A DNA stretch of 64,000 bases from assembly GCA_041661185.1 (NCBI GenBank), contig JBAZUV010000001.1, forward strand, positions 35,616 to 99,615. The letters run 5' to 3'. This DNA comes from Elusimicrobiota bacterium. GTDB taxonomy: Bacteria > Elusimicrobiota > Elusimicrobia > UBA1565. Below are positions 1 through 14,021 of this stretch, in pieces. The notes below the pieces were generated by a model. The model was given only the letters and a program-made list of their open reading frames with translations. It had not been told where the DNA came from and did no database searches. Position numbers and translations under genes: made by a program. Within the stretch, counting starts at the first letter, position 1. The number at the start of each line of letters is the position of its first letter.

Positions 1-289
1 TCATGGACAGGGACGTCATCGCGGCTTCCACGCGGGCGGCGTCGACGATCTCAAGGCTCTTCGTCTCGGCCAGGCGGGCGGCGAGCATCTGCGCCAGAAG
101 CCGTCCCTTGGGTCCCGTGATCCCTTCCAGAGTCATGAACGGGATCACGGCCACGCGCCGTACGTCGGCTTCTTGGGCGGCGCGGGCCAGCTGCCGCGAC
201 AAGGACGCGATCTCATCAAGCGCGAAGGCGCGTCCGGGCACGAACAAGATGAACGATAAGAAGAGGATGCGAAGGGAGTTCTGCGGCAT
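1..289 (-). CDS. secreted protein, N-terminal part only (gene runs off the left window edge)
   Basis: Absent from the ORF track because it is edge-truncated. The reverse complement from the ATG at 289 reads MPQNSLRILFLSFILFVPGRAFA/LDEIASLSRQLARAAQEADVRRVAVIPFMTLEGITGPKGRLLAQMLAARLAETKSLEIVD... This is a signal peptide followed by a 'VAVIPF..G......G..la..L' pattern like the N-termini of CsgG/LpoB/FlgO-type periplasmic proteins. Third positions are G/C-rich. Confidence 0.45.
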   Translation of the reverse strand, partial: MPQNSLRILFLSFILFVPGRAFALDEIASLSRQLARAAQEADVRRVAVIPFMTLEGITGPKGRLLAQMLAARLAETKSLEIVDAARVEAAMTSLSM

Positions 290-401
290 AGGCGTCACGA
301 CCTCGTCGTCAAGAAATGCTGAGTTCCTGCGGTTCTCAGACTGCGGATGCGCCACTGTCTCCGACGAGGATATTATAGCAGATCAGGCGCCGGTCCCGCT
401 T

Positions 402-1921
402 TTAAGGGATCGCGACGTCGCGACCCTTAAGAAGCTTGGAGTCCACCCAGGACCTGAGCAAGTCCTTGGATTCCTGGTCCAGAAGCAGGTAGGCGACGCC
501 CCAGTAGACCGTAAGTCCCAGGCATCCCGATAAGAGCAGGCCTGCCCAGCTGTGCACGTATCCATGGAATACCAGGGCCGCCGCGGCCAAGGCCATTGCG
601 GCCGTGCAGGGCCGGACCAGGGCTTCGTCCGCGAAGCTTCGCCAGCCGAGTTCAAGGAAGCGGCGATGGACCATGTAGATGGACACCGGAGTCGTGATCC
701 AGTCCGCGATGAATACGGCCAGGGCCGTCCCCGTGATCTCCCAGCGGGGGATGAGGATCGGCCATAAGCAGGCCAGGAGGGTGAACTTGAGCAGGAGCAT
801 CCAAAGGGGTATCTCCGGGGCGTCCTTGGCCCATGAAAGATATCCCGCGGTGGTCGTCGAAATATAGGCGAGATTGGCTCCGAGCAGGAGGCGAAAAGGC
901 CATGTGCTCCTTTCGCTGAATTCAGCGCCCAGCCAGAGAGTCAGGAATTGGGGGATGAAAGCGAAGGCCAGGATCGTGAAGGGAAGGATGACGAAGAGGG
1001 ATAGCTCCGTGACTTTGAGATAGAAGCGCTGCAGCCTCTGCGTCTCTCCTCGTCCGTGCAGATCTGCCAGCAAAGGGAAGGTCGTGCTTTGGACGGCTCC
1101 GCAGAACGTGTTGAGTTTCTGGACCGTGGAGGTGGCCACGACGTAATAACCCAATTGCGCCAAAGGCAGATAGGCGCCGATGAAGACGCGGTCGACCTGG
1201 AAGATGAGGACCCAGAGCAGGTTGTTGATGAGCCCTTTCGAACAGAAGAGCAGGAATCCCGGGCGGATCTCGGCTAAGGGTTCGGAATCCTGCAGGATCC
1301 TTCGGCGGCACGACCATAAGGCGCTTGCGGCCAGGAGCATGTTGACCGCGAAGAATGTCGCGCCGAGAGCTTCGATGCGCGCGCCCAGGAGGAGCAGGAG
1401 GCAGGAGACCGCGGAAGCCGCTCCGGATTGAGACGCCTGCATGAGATTGTAGCGGCGGAAATCCTGGGCTCCGTAGAGGATGGCGATGCCGAATTGAAGC
1501 ATGAAGTAGGCGGGGGTGGCCGCGGCCGTCCAAGCGAACAGGCTTTCCGCGGCGGGGAGCATGGAGGGTCCGATCCCGAACAGCGAAGAGACATGCCGGC
1601 GGCCCAGGTAGAGCGCGAGCCCTCCGAGTACGGAGGCCGCGAACTGAGCCGACAGGACGAAGCGCAGAAGCTCGCCCAAGGGGGAGGCTGTCCCGCGATG
1701 GTCCAACTGGGCGGTGTATTTTTGGATGCCGAGGCTGGTGGCGAAGCTCAATAGGTGGAGATAGCCGGAGATCGTCCACATCAGGGTGTAGAGCGCGTAG
1801 CCGTCCGCTCCAAGGTGCCGGACCAGGACCGGGGTGGCGGCAAGATTGATGAGAAGGATGGACCCTTGGGAGAGGAGGAACGTGGAAGTCCCTTCCAGGA
1901 CCTTGGGACCCAGCGCCTGGC

Positions 1922-1925
<4 letters not shown>
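402..1925 (-). CDS. MOP-superfamily polysaccharide/oligosaccharide flippase (Wzx/RfbX-like)
   Basis: Track ORF 402..2216 trimmed to the internal ATG at 1925 (MSQALGPKVLEGTSTFLLSQGSILLINLAATPVLVRHLGADGYALY...). That ATG overlaps the stop of the upstream gene (ATGA). The protein is about 500 aa, polytopic and hydrophobic, with an N-terminus typical of the Polysacc_synt family. Confidence 0.75.
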
Positions 1926-4915
<2,990 letters not shown>

Positions 4916-4936
4916 TATGGGATTATAGTGAAAACG

Positions 4937-4969
4937 AAAGGGCCGCGCGGGGTTTCCGCGCGGCCCTTT
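4937..4969 (-). terminator. rho-independent terminator downstream of gdhA
   Basis: GC-rich stem GGGCCGCGCGG / CCGCGCGGCCC with a 5-nt loop. On the minus strand it is followed by TTTCGTTTTC. Confidence 0.6.
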
Positions 4970-5036
4970 CGGGTCGGAGCCATCGGTGCCTGGCTTGAAC
5001 CCGAGCCTGCCGAGGGTTCGTGCCTGGCACCAGCCG

Positions 5037-6422
<1,386 letters not shown>

Positions 6423-6670
6423 CTAAATATTTTACGACGACGACTCAAAGATTCTGAATCTTTTTCCCCATACTGTCAAATACCGCGATCAACCCAAGAA
6501 TCCAGCATTTTGAAGCATTTTTTGCCGTTCAAGGTCCGCGCAAAGAGGCCTCAGAGGAGGGCCTCCAAGCGGGGTGGGACCAAAGGCCTATGCGCAGCGG
6601 GCCCAAAGCCCGGGCTCGTGTGGGTCTTGCGGCACTGCCGCAGAAGGGGAGCCGGGAGCATACTCAATGC

Positions 6671-7303
6671 ATGAACATCTTCTCCTGGATGATTCTCGCA
6701 GTCCTGGCGGTTCCGGCTCCGGCGCAGATCCTGGTGGAGCCTTCTCAGCTCAAGGACATCCATAAGAGCCGCAGCCTCCTGCAGGAAAGGCTCAGGCCCG
6801 TCGAAGTCGACGGCGCGCCCCTGCATAGCCTGCTTCGGCGCCTTTCCGAGCAGGGCGAGACCACCCCGGGTCCGGAGGGGAAAGGATCCTTCCGTTCTTT
6901 CGTGAGGAGCGTGGACGCTGAACCTGGAGTCGAGGAGCGGTGGATACTGCAGGTCTTCGAGAGCGAGGAAGGGCTTCCTGATCCGGAAGGCAGCCAGGGT
7001 CCCGCGGTCCAGCATCTTGCGTACCGGCGCTCTTATTCCGATATGGTGGCCATCCATCAGCGCATCCGGCACTCCCGGGCCGGGGATCAGACCGATGAGT
7101 GGAAGTATGTGCTCGCGGCTTCCGGCGCGATCCTTTCCGTGGAGCATAATCTCGTGGTCGTCGTGCGCAAGGACGGCGAACTCAAAGTCGACGAACAGAA
7201 CAGCCGTTTCCTTCGAATGTCTCCCAGGGACCCGGCCGTGCTCTCCCGCTGGGGCCGCATGGTCCGCACGCTCCTGACCCTGGGCGCCGTGCGCGTGGCC
7301 TAA
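6671..7303 (+). CDS. hypothetical secreted protein
   Basis: Track ORF 6590..7303 trimmed to MNIFSWMILAVLAVPAPAQ (signal peptide). G/C-rich third positions favour this frame over the antisense ORF 6551..7147. No recognisable domain. Confidence 0.55.
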   Translation: MNIFSWMILAVLAVPAPAQILVEPSQLKDIHKSRSLLQERLRPVEVDGAPLHSLLRRLSEQGETTPGPEGKGSFRSFVRSVDAEPGVEERWILQVFESEEGLPDPEGSQGPAVQHLAYRRSYSDMVAIHQRIRHSRAGDQTDEWKYVLAASGAILSVEHNLVVVVRKDGELKVDEQNSRFLRMSPRDPAVLSRWGRMVRTLLTLGAVRVA

Positions 7304-7349
7304 TCCCGAATTTTTATGCTAAACTCAGAGGAGATAGGGGGATATTGCT

Positions 7350-7598
7350 ATGGGAAATGAGAAGTTCATGAAGCCTTTGACGCCGTCCGCCGACCTCGCC
7401 GCGATCGTCGGCGTCAGCCCGCTTCCGCGCACCGAAGTGGTCAAGAAGCTCTGGGAGTACATCAAGAAGAACAGCCTCCAGGACGCGAAGAACAAGCGCA
7501 ACATCAACGCGGACGAGAAGCTTTTGAAGGTCTTCGGCGGCAAGAAGACGGTCAGCATGTTCGAGATGACCGCGCTCGTCTCCAAGCACTTGAAATAA
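7350..7598 (+). CDS. SWIB/MDM2 domain protein
   Basis: 82 aa. LTPSADLAAIVG..PLPRTEVVKKLWEYIKKNSLQD..NKRNINADEKLLKVFGGKKTVSMFEMTALVSKHL is the canonical SWIB-domain pattern. Confidence 0.85.
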   Translation: MGNEKFMKPLTPSADLAAIVGVSPLPRTEVVKKLWEYIKKNSLQDAKNKRNINADEKLLKVFGGKKTVSMFEMTALVSKHLK

Positions 7599-7612
7599 CC
7601 GGCCGCAAAGCG

Positions 7613-7653
7613 AAAAGAGCAGGCTTCCGTGTAAAAACGGAGGCCTGCTCTTT
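7613..7653. terminator. bidirectional terminator between convergent genes
   Basis: 15-bp stem AAGAGCAGGCTTCCG / CGGAGGCCTGCTCTT (1 mismatch) with A/T-rich flanks on both sides. It lies between the SWIB gene (+) and the discoidin/GH gene (-). Confidence 0.6.
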
Positions 7654-7666
7654 GTTGTAAAAAAAC

Positions 7667-10600
7667 TTATTGGAGTTCGATGCGGGCCGGCAGGGAGGGG
7701 AAGACGAGCTTCCCCTCCCGGATGAGGGCGGGCTTTCCGTTGATGAAGGCCTTGCGGCCCGAGAGTTCCTTGGGCAGGGAGAGCGTGAATCCGCCCGCGG
7801 GGGCCGCGTCGCCTTGGGCGTCGAAGACATAGGAGCCCTGAGGCGTCCGCTTGAAGCCGTAGGAGATCTTTCCGAACACCGTCGGCAGTCCGCCGATCTT
7901 CACGCCCGACTCGGAGTCCAGCCATTTCGGGTCCAGGCCCGCGCCCACGACCAGACGGTCCTCATCCTCATAGGCGAATACCGCGCGCGCGGCATTGATG
8001 AAATCCGCTCCCACCCAGGTATGCGGCATGTCGCCGATATAGTTGGGGCTGCGGGGGTCCGGGTGCACGACCTCGGCCAATTGGTTCCAGCCCGCGGGCC
8101 GCACGGGACTGCCCAGGAAGAAGCGCAGGACTTCCAGCGCCTTTTCGCGTCCGCCCATGCGCACAAGCGCGTCCGCGTTGCGGATCTCATAAGGAGTGTA
8201 GGAGTCCTGGCGGGAGGTCATGATCGCGCCGCTCTCGATCTTCGCGATGCGCTTCTTGAGCGCGTCATGGTAGTAGTCGAAGGTCGCCGGTCCCAAGGGG
8301 CGCGGAAGGTGCGCGGCTTCCTCGGCGGCCACCACGCCGATCGTGGTCCCGGTCGGGTCGACGTCGCCTAGGTCCGCGCAGCCGGCCAGGATGCTCATCC
8401 CCTTGCGCTTGGCCACTTCGATCATGGAGGAGTAGAGGTTCTTGCGCAGTTCAGAGGCGTCTTGGCTGAAGCGCCCTTCGTCTTCCTTTTGGCCGAGGAC
8501 TTCGGCCAGCCGGGCGCCGTCCTTGAAGCCCTTGAGCATCCAGAAATCATCCCAGTAGCTGTGTCGCGCCGGGAAATATCCCTCGTGGCTGTTGGAAGGG
8601 GGGAGGATTCCGTAGTAGATGCTTTTCTCCGGATCATCGCGGTATTCCGGAGTCTTGCGCTTCTCGATGAGCCCTTGCCCGTAGTCCAAGGACTTGCGCA
8701 CCGCGGGGTAGATCTCGCTCAGCATGGCGTGGTCTTTTGTGAAGTCGAAATATTGGCGCGCGATGAAGGCGAACTCTCCCTGGCTGTCGTATTCCTGTCC
8801 TTCGCCGGTGCCGTCCGGGTTGAACTTCACGGCGCGCTGCCCGTCCTGGATCACGAACGGGACCAATCCGTCCTCGCGAATGAAGCGGGTGAAGGCGCGC
8901 AGGAACCTGGCTACGGGCTCGGGATGGCCCATGCGCAGGAGCGCGGTGCCGGAGACCGCCCCGTCGCGCATCCATGCGTGGCTGTAGTTGCGCGAGCCGG
9001 GCATGAACCAGGGATCATCCGCGTTGATGAGGATGTAGGCCAGATTGGAGCGCATCATCTCCGTGAGCTTCTTCTCGGGGATCTGGATGTCCACCTTGTC
9101 GAGGATGCTTTTCCAGGACTTCTTGGTCTGCGCGAGCAGGCCGTCGAAGCGTTGGGAAGCGTTCGAGCCCTCGGGCGCGGGCGGGACCTCCGAGTCCTTG
9201 TGCTGGGGATAGGCCACGATGATGTCGGCGGATCCTCCCGCGGGCACGTCCAAGTCATAGAGCGCGGCCGCGCCCACTTTTCCCTGCGGGTCCGAGGCCT
9301 GCCGGGTCTTGGGCGCGTGTCCGTTCTCAAGATGTTCGGCGATCTCTCCCGCGTCCAAGGCCGCGACCCCTGCTTCCGAGGGCTTGGTCAGGGAGACCAA
9401 GGCTCTGCGGCCGTCGGCCATGAGCGTGGCGTCGCGGCCCGAGAGCACGAACTTCGCGTCCTTGATGGGGCTCATCCCGCCGTTCTGCCAGATCGGGTTG
9501 ACTTGTATGGGCCGCACGGCCAAGGACAGGCTGCCCTTGAAGGGGGAGGTGCTTTCGTTGACGAAGCGGTAGCGTACGTAGGTGGAGGCGCTTCCGGGCT
9601 TGCCCTCCGAGAGGGCTTTGACCTCCATGCTCCAGCCCGCGCCTTTCCATTGCACGGCCGGCACCGGGAGATAGCCGTCCTCCAGGCTCTGGCTGCGCTC
9701 CACGTCCTCGGCGTCCACGAGCTTTTGGCCGTCGTGGATGAAGGGCGTCACTGAGAAGCTTCCTTTATAAGGCTCCACGACGCCGGTCTCTCCGAGCAGG
9801 GACTCCGCGTCGTCCTCGGGAGAGCCCACCACGGTCCAATACTCCTGCTCGCGGGAAAGCCATTTGTTGAGGCGTCCTTTTTTCAGTTTGGGCAGGAGGG
9901 CCTGGTATTTTTGGCGGATGTTGGCGCCTTCGCCCGGAGCCTTGAGCTCGATCTCCGCGATCTCGCAGCCGGACTTGTTGCCGGGCTCGAGCAGGCGCAG
10001 GCGCAGGAAGCGCGCCGGTTCCTTGAGGGAGAAGAGCACGGTCTCGCGGCTGCCGTGGCCGTTGACGACGCTGCCGGCGGCGGTCCAGTGTTCCGCGTCG
10101 GCCGAGGACTCCACCGCGTATTTTCGGGCGTACCCCTTGCCCCAGATGATCTCCAGGCCGCCCAGTTCTTGGGGCTTGATCAAGTCCAGGACCAGGGTCC
10201 GTTCGCCGGGCAAGGAACTGCGCCAGAAAGTTTCCGGGTCGCCGTCGAGGATATTGTCTATCGGGAAGCCGTCGTCGGAGGCGTCCGAGGAGAGGATGGG
10301 GCGGTCCTTCGGGTCGAGGAAGGAGATTTCCCAGATGGAATTGCCCCAGCCGCTGCCGCGGCGGTAGCATTGGATGCGCAGATAGCGGGCCGCGACCGGA
10401 GCGAAGCGCAGGATATCCCGGCCGCCGTCTCCCAGCTCGACGTTGTAGACCGTGCGCCAGTTCTTGGCGTCGTCGGATATCTCCGCGCGGTAGCTCTCCG
10501 AGTAGGCGGCTTCCCAAAGGATATCCAATCCGGCCAGGGCCTTGGGCGCTCCGAAGTCCGCCTGCCACCATTCCATGTCCGTGGAGGCGCTGGCCCAGCG

Positions 10601-10768
10601 CGTGGTCGTGGATCCGTCGACGGCGGCCTGCGCGGGCATGTCGTTGTAATCAGTCGAGGCCGAGGTCTTCCAGCCCGAGTCCTGCGCATGAGCCGGCGGC
10701 CGCGGAGAAATGAATAGGCCGGCCAAGAGGAGGAGGGCGGACGCGGACCGTATCCCGGATGTTGTCAC
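7667..10768 (-). CDS. secreted protein: two F5/8 type C (discoidin) domains plus a C-terminal (alpha/alpha)6-barrel glycoside hydrolase-like domain (GH15-like)
   Basis: 1033 aa with a signal peptide (..LLLLAGLFISPRPPAHAQ). It has two repeats of the discoidin pattern (..AVDGS..TRWAS....WWQADFG....LDILWE.AY...Y..E.S.D..NW / ..ILDGDPETFWRS...). Later, NYSHAWMRDGAVSG resembles the Y.WxRD signature of GH15-type catalytic domains. Confidence 0.8.
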   Translation of the reverse strand: MTTSGIRSASALLLLAGLFISPRPPAHAQDSGWKTSASTDYNDMPAQAAVDGSTTTRWASASTDMEWWQADFGAPKALAGLDILWEAAYSESYRAEISDDAKNWRTVYNVELGDGGRDILRFAPVAARYLRIQCYRRGSGWGNSIWEISFLDPKDRPILSSDASDDGFPIDNILDGDPETFWRSSLPGERTLVLDLIKPQELGGLEIIWGKGYARKYAVESSADAEHWTAAGSVVNGHGSRETVLFSLKEPARFLRLRLLEPGNKSGCEIAEIELKAPGEGANIRQKYQALLPKLKKGRLNKWLSREQEYWTVVGSPEDDAESLLGETGVVEPYKGSFSVTPFIHDGQKLVDAEDVERSQSLEDGYLPVPAVQWKGAGWSMEVKALSEGKPGSASTYVRYRFVNESTSPFKGSLSLAVRPIQVNPIWQNGGMSPIKDAKFVLSGRDATLMADGRRALVSLTKPSEAGVAALDAGEIAEHLENGHAPKTRQASDPQGKVGAAALYDLDVPAGGSADIIVAYPQHKDSEVPPAPEGSNASQRFDGLLAQTKKSWKSILDKVDIQIPEKKLTEMMRSNLAYILINADDPWFMPGSRNYSHAWMRDGAVSGTALLRMGHPEPVARFLRAFTRFIREDGLVPFVIQDGQRAVKFNPDGTGEGQEYDSQGEFAFIARQYFDFTKDHAMLSEIYPAVRKSLDYGQGLIEKRKTPEYRDDPEKSIYYGILPPSNSHEGYFPARHSYWDDFWMLKGFKDGARLAEVLGQKEDEGRFSQDASELRKNLYSSMIEVAKRKGMSILAGCADLGDVDPTGTTIGVVAAEEAAHLPRPLGPATFDYYHDALKKRIAKIESGAIMTSRQDSYTPYEIRNADALVRMGGREKALEVLRFFLGSPVRPAGWNQLAEVVHPDPRSPNYIGDMPHTWVGADFINAARAVFAYEDEDRLVVGAGLDPKWLDSESGVKIGGLPTVFGKISYGFKRTPQGSYVFDAQGDAAPAGGFTLSLPKELSGRKAFINGKPALIREGKLVFPSLPARIELQ

Positions 10769-10851
10769 AGGAAGCTCTCTTATCCGAATGATAACATTCG
10801 GAGGCTGTCCGCGGCTGAGTATTTAGTCCCGAAAAACAGGGCCCGAAAGGC

Positions 10852-11793
10852 CTATGTTTTGCCGGCTCCAAAAGGGTCGAAAAAGTCTTTGGGCGGCCGG
10901 CCCATCGTGTTGACGAGCTCCCCGATGCCTTGGATGCGGCAGCGCACCCTGCTCCCTCCTTGGAGCAGCTTGCCTTGCGGCATTCCGACTCCCGAGGGCG
11001 TGCCCGTGGCGATCACGTCCCCGGGCTCCAGGCGCATGAGGCGGCTGCAAAAAGAGACCAGCTCGTAAACGTCGAAGATCATGGCGCGCGTGCTCTCGTC
11101 TTGACGCTTCTCCTCATCCACCCAGAGTTCCAGGCGCAGGTCCCGCGCATCCGGGATCTCGTCTGATGTGACGATCCAAGGGCCCAGGGGGCAGAAGCCG
11201 TCGGCCCACTTGCCGTGCAGCCAATCGAAGAAGCCGTCCTGCGGCCGCTTCTCCCGGCCCTCGGCGTAGCTCACGCTGCGCGCGGACACGTCATTGGCGA
11301 TGGTGTATCCCGCGATGCACTCGCGCGCCTCTTGGGCGGAAACGTCCTTGCAGGTTCGTCCGATCACCGCGGCCAGCTCGATCTCGTAGTCGATCTGCCG
11401 GCTATAGCTCGGCCAAGGGATATCCGCGCCCGGGTCGAGCACGCAGGTCCCGGGCATGAGGAAGGGCCGAGGCGTGGTGCGGAGCTTGGGATTCTCGGGC
11501 AGGCTGTGCCCGCGGTTGAACTCCTTGTGATGCTCCGCGTAGTTGACCGCCAGGCCGATGAGCTTGGGCGGCCGCAGGATGGGCGCGCGCAGGCGAACGG
11601 CAGAGAGCGGGTGGACCTTCCCGTCGCTTGGGCGCAGGGTCTTCATGCGCGCAAGGGCCGCGGGCCCGGCCTGCAGGGCTTCGAGCACGCTTTCAGGGCC
11701 CTCGGGCCAGGCTGAACGAACCTCCAGCAGGCCTTGCTCCGTGAGCAGGCCGAAGAAATCCTCGCCATCCTTGTTCGCTGTGGCCAGTTTCAT
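10852..11793 (-). CDS. fumarylacetoacetate hydrolase (FAH) family protein
   Basis: Track ORF 10852..12156 trimmed to MKLATANKD at 11793, which overlaps the upstream stop (ATGA). IDYEIELAAVIG, GYTIANDVSAR and GDVIATGTPSGVG are classic FAH/HpcE-family motifs. Confidence 0.9.
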   Translation of the reverse strand: MKLATANKDGEDFFGLLTEQGLLEVRSAWPEGPESVLEALQAGPAALARMKTLRPSDGKVHPLSAVRLRAPILRPPKLIGLAVNYAEHHKEFNRGHSLPENPKLRTTPRPFLMPGTCVLDPGADIPWPSYSRQIDYEIELAAVIGRTCKDVSAQEARECIAGYTIANDVSARSVSYAEGREKRPQDGFFDWLHGKWADGFCPLGPWIVTSDEIPDARDLRLELWVDEEKRQDESTRAMIFDVYELVSFCSRLMRLEPGDVIATGTPSGVGMPQGKLLQGGSRVRCRIQGIGELVNTMGRPPKDFFDPFGAGKT

Positions 11794-12917
11794 GAGAGCC
11801 TCGCGGCGAGCGTTTTTTTTAGGAAGGAGAAGAATCTTCCTTTTTCCCAGGTGATGCGCACGTATTTCGTGACGCTGTTGTAGGGGACGTTCGGCGTTCT
11901 TTGCCGGCGCCGCAGGTTCAGCGCTGCCTTGCGGCAGGTTCTCAGGCATGCGCCGCAGCCCAGGCAGCGCTCCTCTTTGACGCGCGCGCGGCCGTCCTCT
12001 AGGGAGAGCGCCTGGATCTGGCAGGTTTTCACGCAGAGCCCGCAGCCTGCGCAGAGTCCGGGCTCTGCGTGCAGGAGATAGGGGGAAGGGGCCACGGAAT
12101 GCTCTATGCCTTTGGTCAGGATGCCCGACAAAAGCCCGCAGCAGCAGCCGCAGCAATTGCAGATGAAGCTGGGCTTTTGGCGCACGTTGTCGGTGACGTG
12201 GATGAGTCCTTTCTTCCCGAGTTCGCGCACCACGGACAGGAGCTCCGGCACCTCGGCTTTGCGGCCGAATCCTCGCCGGACCACGAAGTCCGCGGCCGTG
12301 CCCAGGCTGATGCAGGTGTTCTCCCAGCTTGCGAGCTTGCAGGTCCGTCCGAGCAGATGCTCCTTATGGCGGCAGTAGCAGGTTTGCAGCGCTCCGCCCT
12401 GGCTCTCGAGAACCACGGTCTCGACTTCTGCGTAGGTCGCGGCCCGGGATGTGACCGGGATGTCGGCCCCTACCAGCGTGCGGCCAAGCGGGGTCTTGGA
12501 GCCGAAGACCTCTTTCCAGAGGTGCTCGGAGGTGTAGCGGTCCAGGAGTTCCGCCATCCTTTGGGCCGGGATGCCGGGGTGCAGCTTCATGAGGCTGAAT
12601 TCCACGAAGCCGGTCACGGAAGGAGAGAGCATCCAGAAGTTCTTTTCGCCCAGCGGGAAGTCCAGGACCGCGCCCTTCTGCGCCAGGCCTTCGAGCACCC
12701 GGTCCGTGCGCTCCATCGGCCAATGAAGGATCTTTGATAGTTCGAGGGAGGTGGCTTCCTTAAGGGGGAAGGCCGCGGCCAGCTGGGCCTCTTCCTGGGA
12801 GAGGAAGAGGCTCAGGAACTCGCGGATATCCGGAGCGTCCGGCAGCCCGACCGGATATTGATCGAGCCGGTCGATGAGCCGGATGAGCGTTTCCGGATCC
12901 AGCATCGAGGACTGCAT
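11790..12917 (-). CDS. 4Fe-4S dicluster domain protein with an additional Cys-rich CNCCGCCCG motif
   Basis: 375 aa. It has two ferredoxin-type motifs (CAGCGLCVKTC and CLGCGACLRTC), preceded by FICNCCGCCCGLL. Confidence 0.75.
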   Translation of the reverse strand: MQSSMLDPETLIRLIDRLDQYPVGLPDAPDIREFLSLFLSQEEAQLAAAFPLKEATSLELSKILHWPMERTDRVLEGLAQKGAVLDFPLGEKNFWMLSPSVTGFVEFSLMKLHPGIPAQRMAELLDRYTSEHLWKEVFGSKTPLGRTLVGADIPVTSRAATYAEVETVVLESQGGALQTCYCRHKEHLLGRTCKLASWENTCISLGTAADFVVRRGFGRKAEVPELLSVVRELGKKGLIHVTDNVRQKPSFICNCCGCCCGLLSGILTKGIEHSVAPSPYLLHAEPGLCAGCGLCVKTCQIQALSLEDGRARVKEERCLGCGACLRTCRKAALNLRRRQRTPNVPYNSVTKYVRITWEKGRFFSFLKKTLAARLS

Positions 12918-12932
12918 GGGCAGAGGCTTTTC

Positions 12933-14021
12933 TCAGTCGCCTAAGCTGATGCCTAGGGCGCGGGCGGTTTTTACCAGGTCTCCGTCTTTGGGAACCAGGC
13001 GCAGGCGGCCGACGGCATCGATGATAGGCACATCCGCGATGTCCGGAGGCCTCAAGGCCGTCATGCGGCCGAACTTCTTGTTCGCGATGAGGTCTACGGC
13101 GCTGGTTCCGAAGCGCGTGCAGAGCAGCCTGTCGAAGCTGGTGGGTCCGCCGCCGCGCTGAAGATGGCCGAGCACGCAGACGCGCGTCTCCTTGCCCGTG
13201 CGCTTCTCCACCTCGCGCGCGACCTGGGCGCCGATGCCGCCTAAGCGCACCTCGCCGTCTTTCCTCGCGTCCTGCGTGACGGTCTTCCCGCCCGCGCAGG
13301 CCGCGCCCTCGGCGGCCACGATGAGGGTAAATCGCCTTCCCGAAGCTTCCCGGTCCGCGATCTTCGCGCAGATGCTGTCGTAGTTGAACGGGATCTCCGG
13401 GATGAGGATCACGTCGCCTCCTCCCGAGATGCCCGCGGAGATGGCGATCCAGCCCGCGTGGCGGCCCATCACTTCCAGCACCATGACGCGGTTATGGCTC
13501 TCGGCCGTGGTGTGCAGGCGGTCGAGCGCGTCCGTGGCGCAGGCCACGGCGGAATCGAAGCCGAAGGTGATCACCGTGCACTCGAGGTCGTTGTCGATGG
13601 TCTTGGGGACTCCGACGACGGGCACTCCCTTCTCGAAGAGCTGCTGGGCGATGGAGAGCGAGCCGTCGCCCCCGACGCAGACCAAGCCCTTGAGCCCGAG
13701 GAAGGATACGTTCTTTCGGGCCTCTTCCAGGATCTCCGCCGGGATGGCGCGCGTCTCTCCGTGGCCTATCTTGGCGGCGAAGCGTCCGCGGTTGGAGGAG
13801 CCCAGGATGGTTCCGCCCTGCGCGAGCAGGTGTCCCATGTCGTGGTATTCCAGCGGCAGGGTCTGAACCGGCGAGAGCAGTCCCTCGTAGCCGCCCAGGA
13901 ATCCGAGCGTGCTCCAGCCGCGATACTGCGCGGCCTTGACCACGGCGCGGATGACCGCGTTGAGCCCGGGGCAGTCTCCGCCGCCCGTCAGGATGCCGAT
14001 GCGAGGCTGGCTATTGGCCAT
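12933..14021 (-). CDS. pfkA: 6-phosphofructokinase (ATP-dependent type by the GGDGS motif)
   Basis: RIGILTGGGDCPGLNAVIR, VCVGGDGSL, VVGVPKTIDNDL and MGRHAGWIA are canonical PFK-A family motifs. Gly in GGDG argues for an ATP-dependent rather than PPi-dependent enzyme. Confidence 0.92.
   Translation of the reverse strand: MANSQPRIGILTGGGDCPGLNAVIRAVVKAAQYRGWSTLGFLGGYEGLLSPVQTLPLEYHDMGHLLAQGGTILGSSNRGRFAAKIGHGETRAIPAEILEEARKNVSFLGLKGLVCVGGDGSLSIAQQLFEKGVPVVGVPKTIDNDLECTVITFGFDSAVACATDALDRLHTTAESHNRVMVLEVMGRHAGWIAISAGISGGGDVILIPEIPFNYDSICAKIADREASGRRFTLIVAAEGAACAGGKTVTQDARKDGEVRLGGIGAQVAREVEKRTGKETRVCVLGHLQRGGGPTSFDRLLCTRFGTSAVDLIANKKFGRMTALRPPDIADVPIIDAVGRLRLVPKDGDLVKTARALGISLGD

Noticed and set aside
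402-430. Near-perfect palindrome TTAAGGGATCGCGAC/GTCGCGACCCTTAA starting at the flippase stop codon
   Set aside because: It lies almost entirely within the last nine codons of the flippase. It has no loop and no U-tract. With a single occurrence I cannot separate function from chance.
3-533. 176-aa plus-strand ORF at the left edge
   Set aside because: Its composition is Arg/Ala/Ser-rich and low in complexity. It lies antisense to a convincing signal-peptide protein (1-289, minus) and overlaps the flippase 3' end. This is a typical high-GC shadow ORF.
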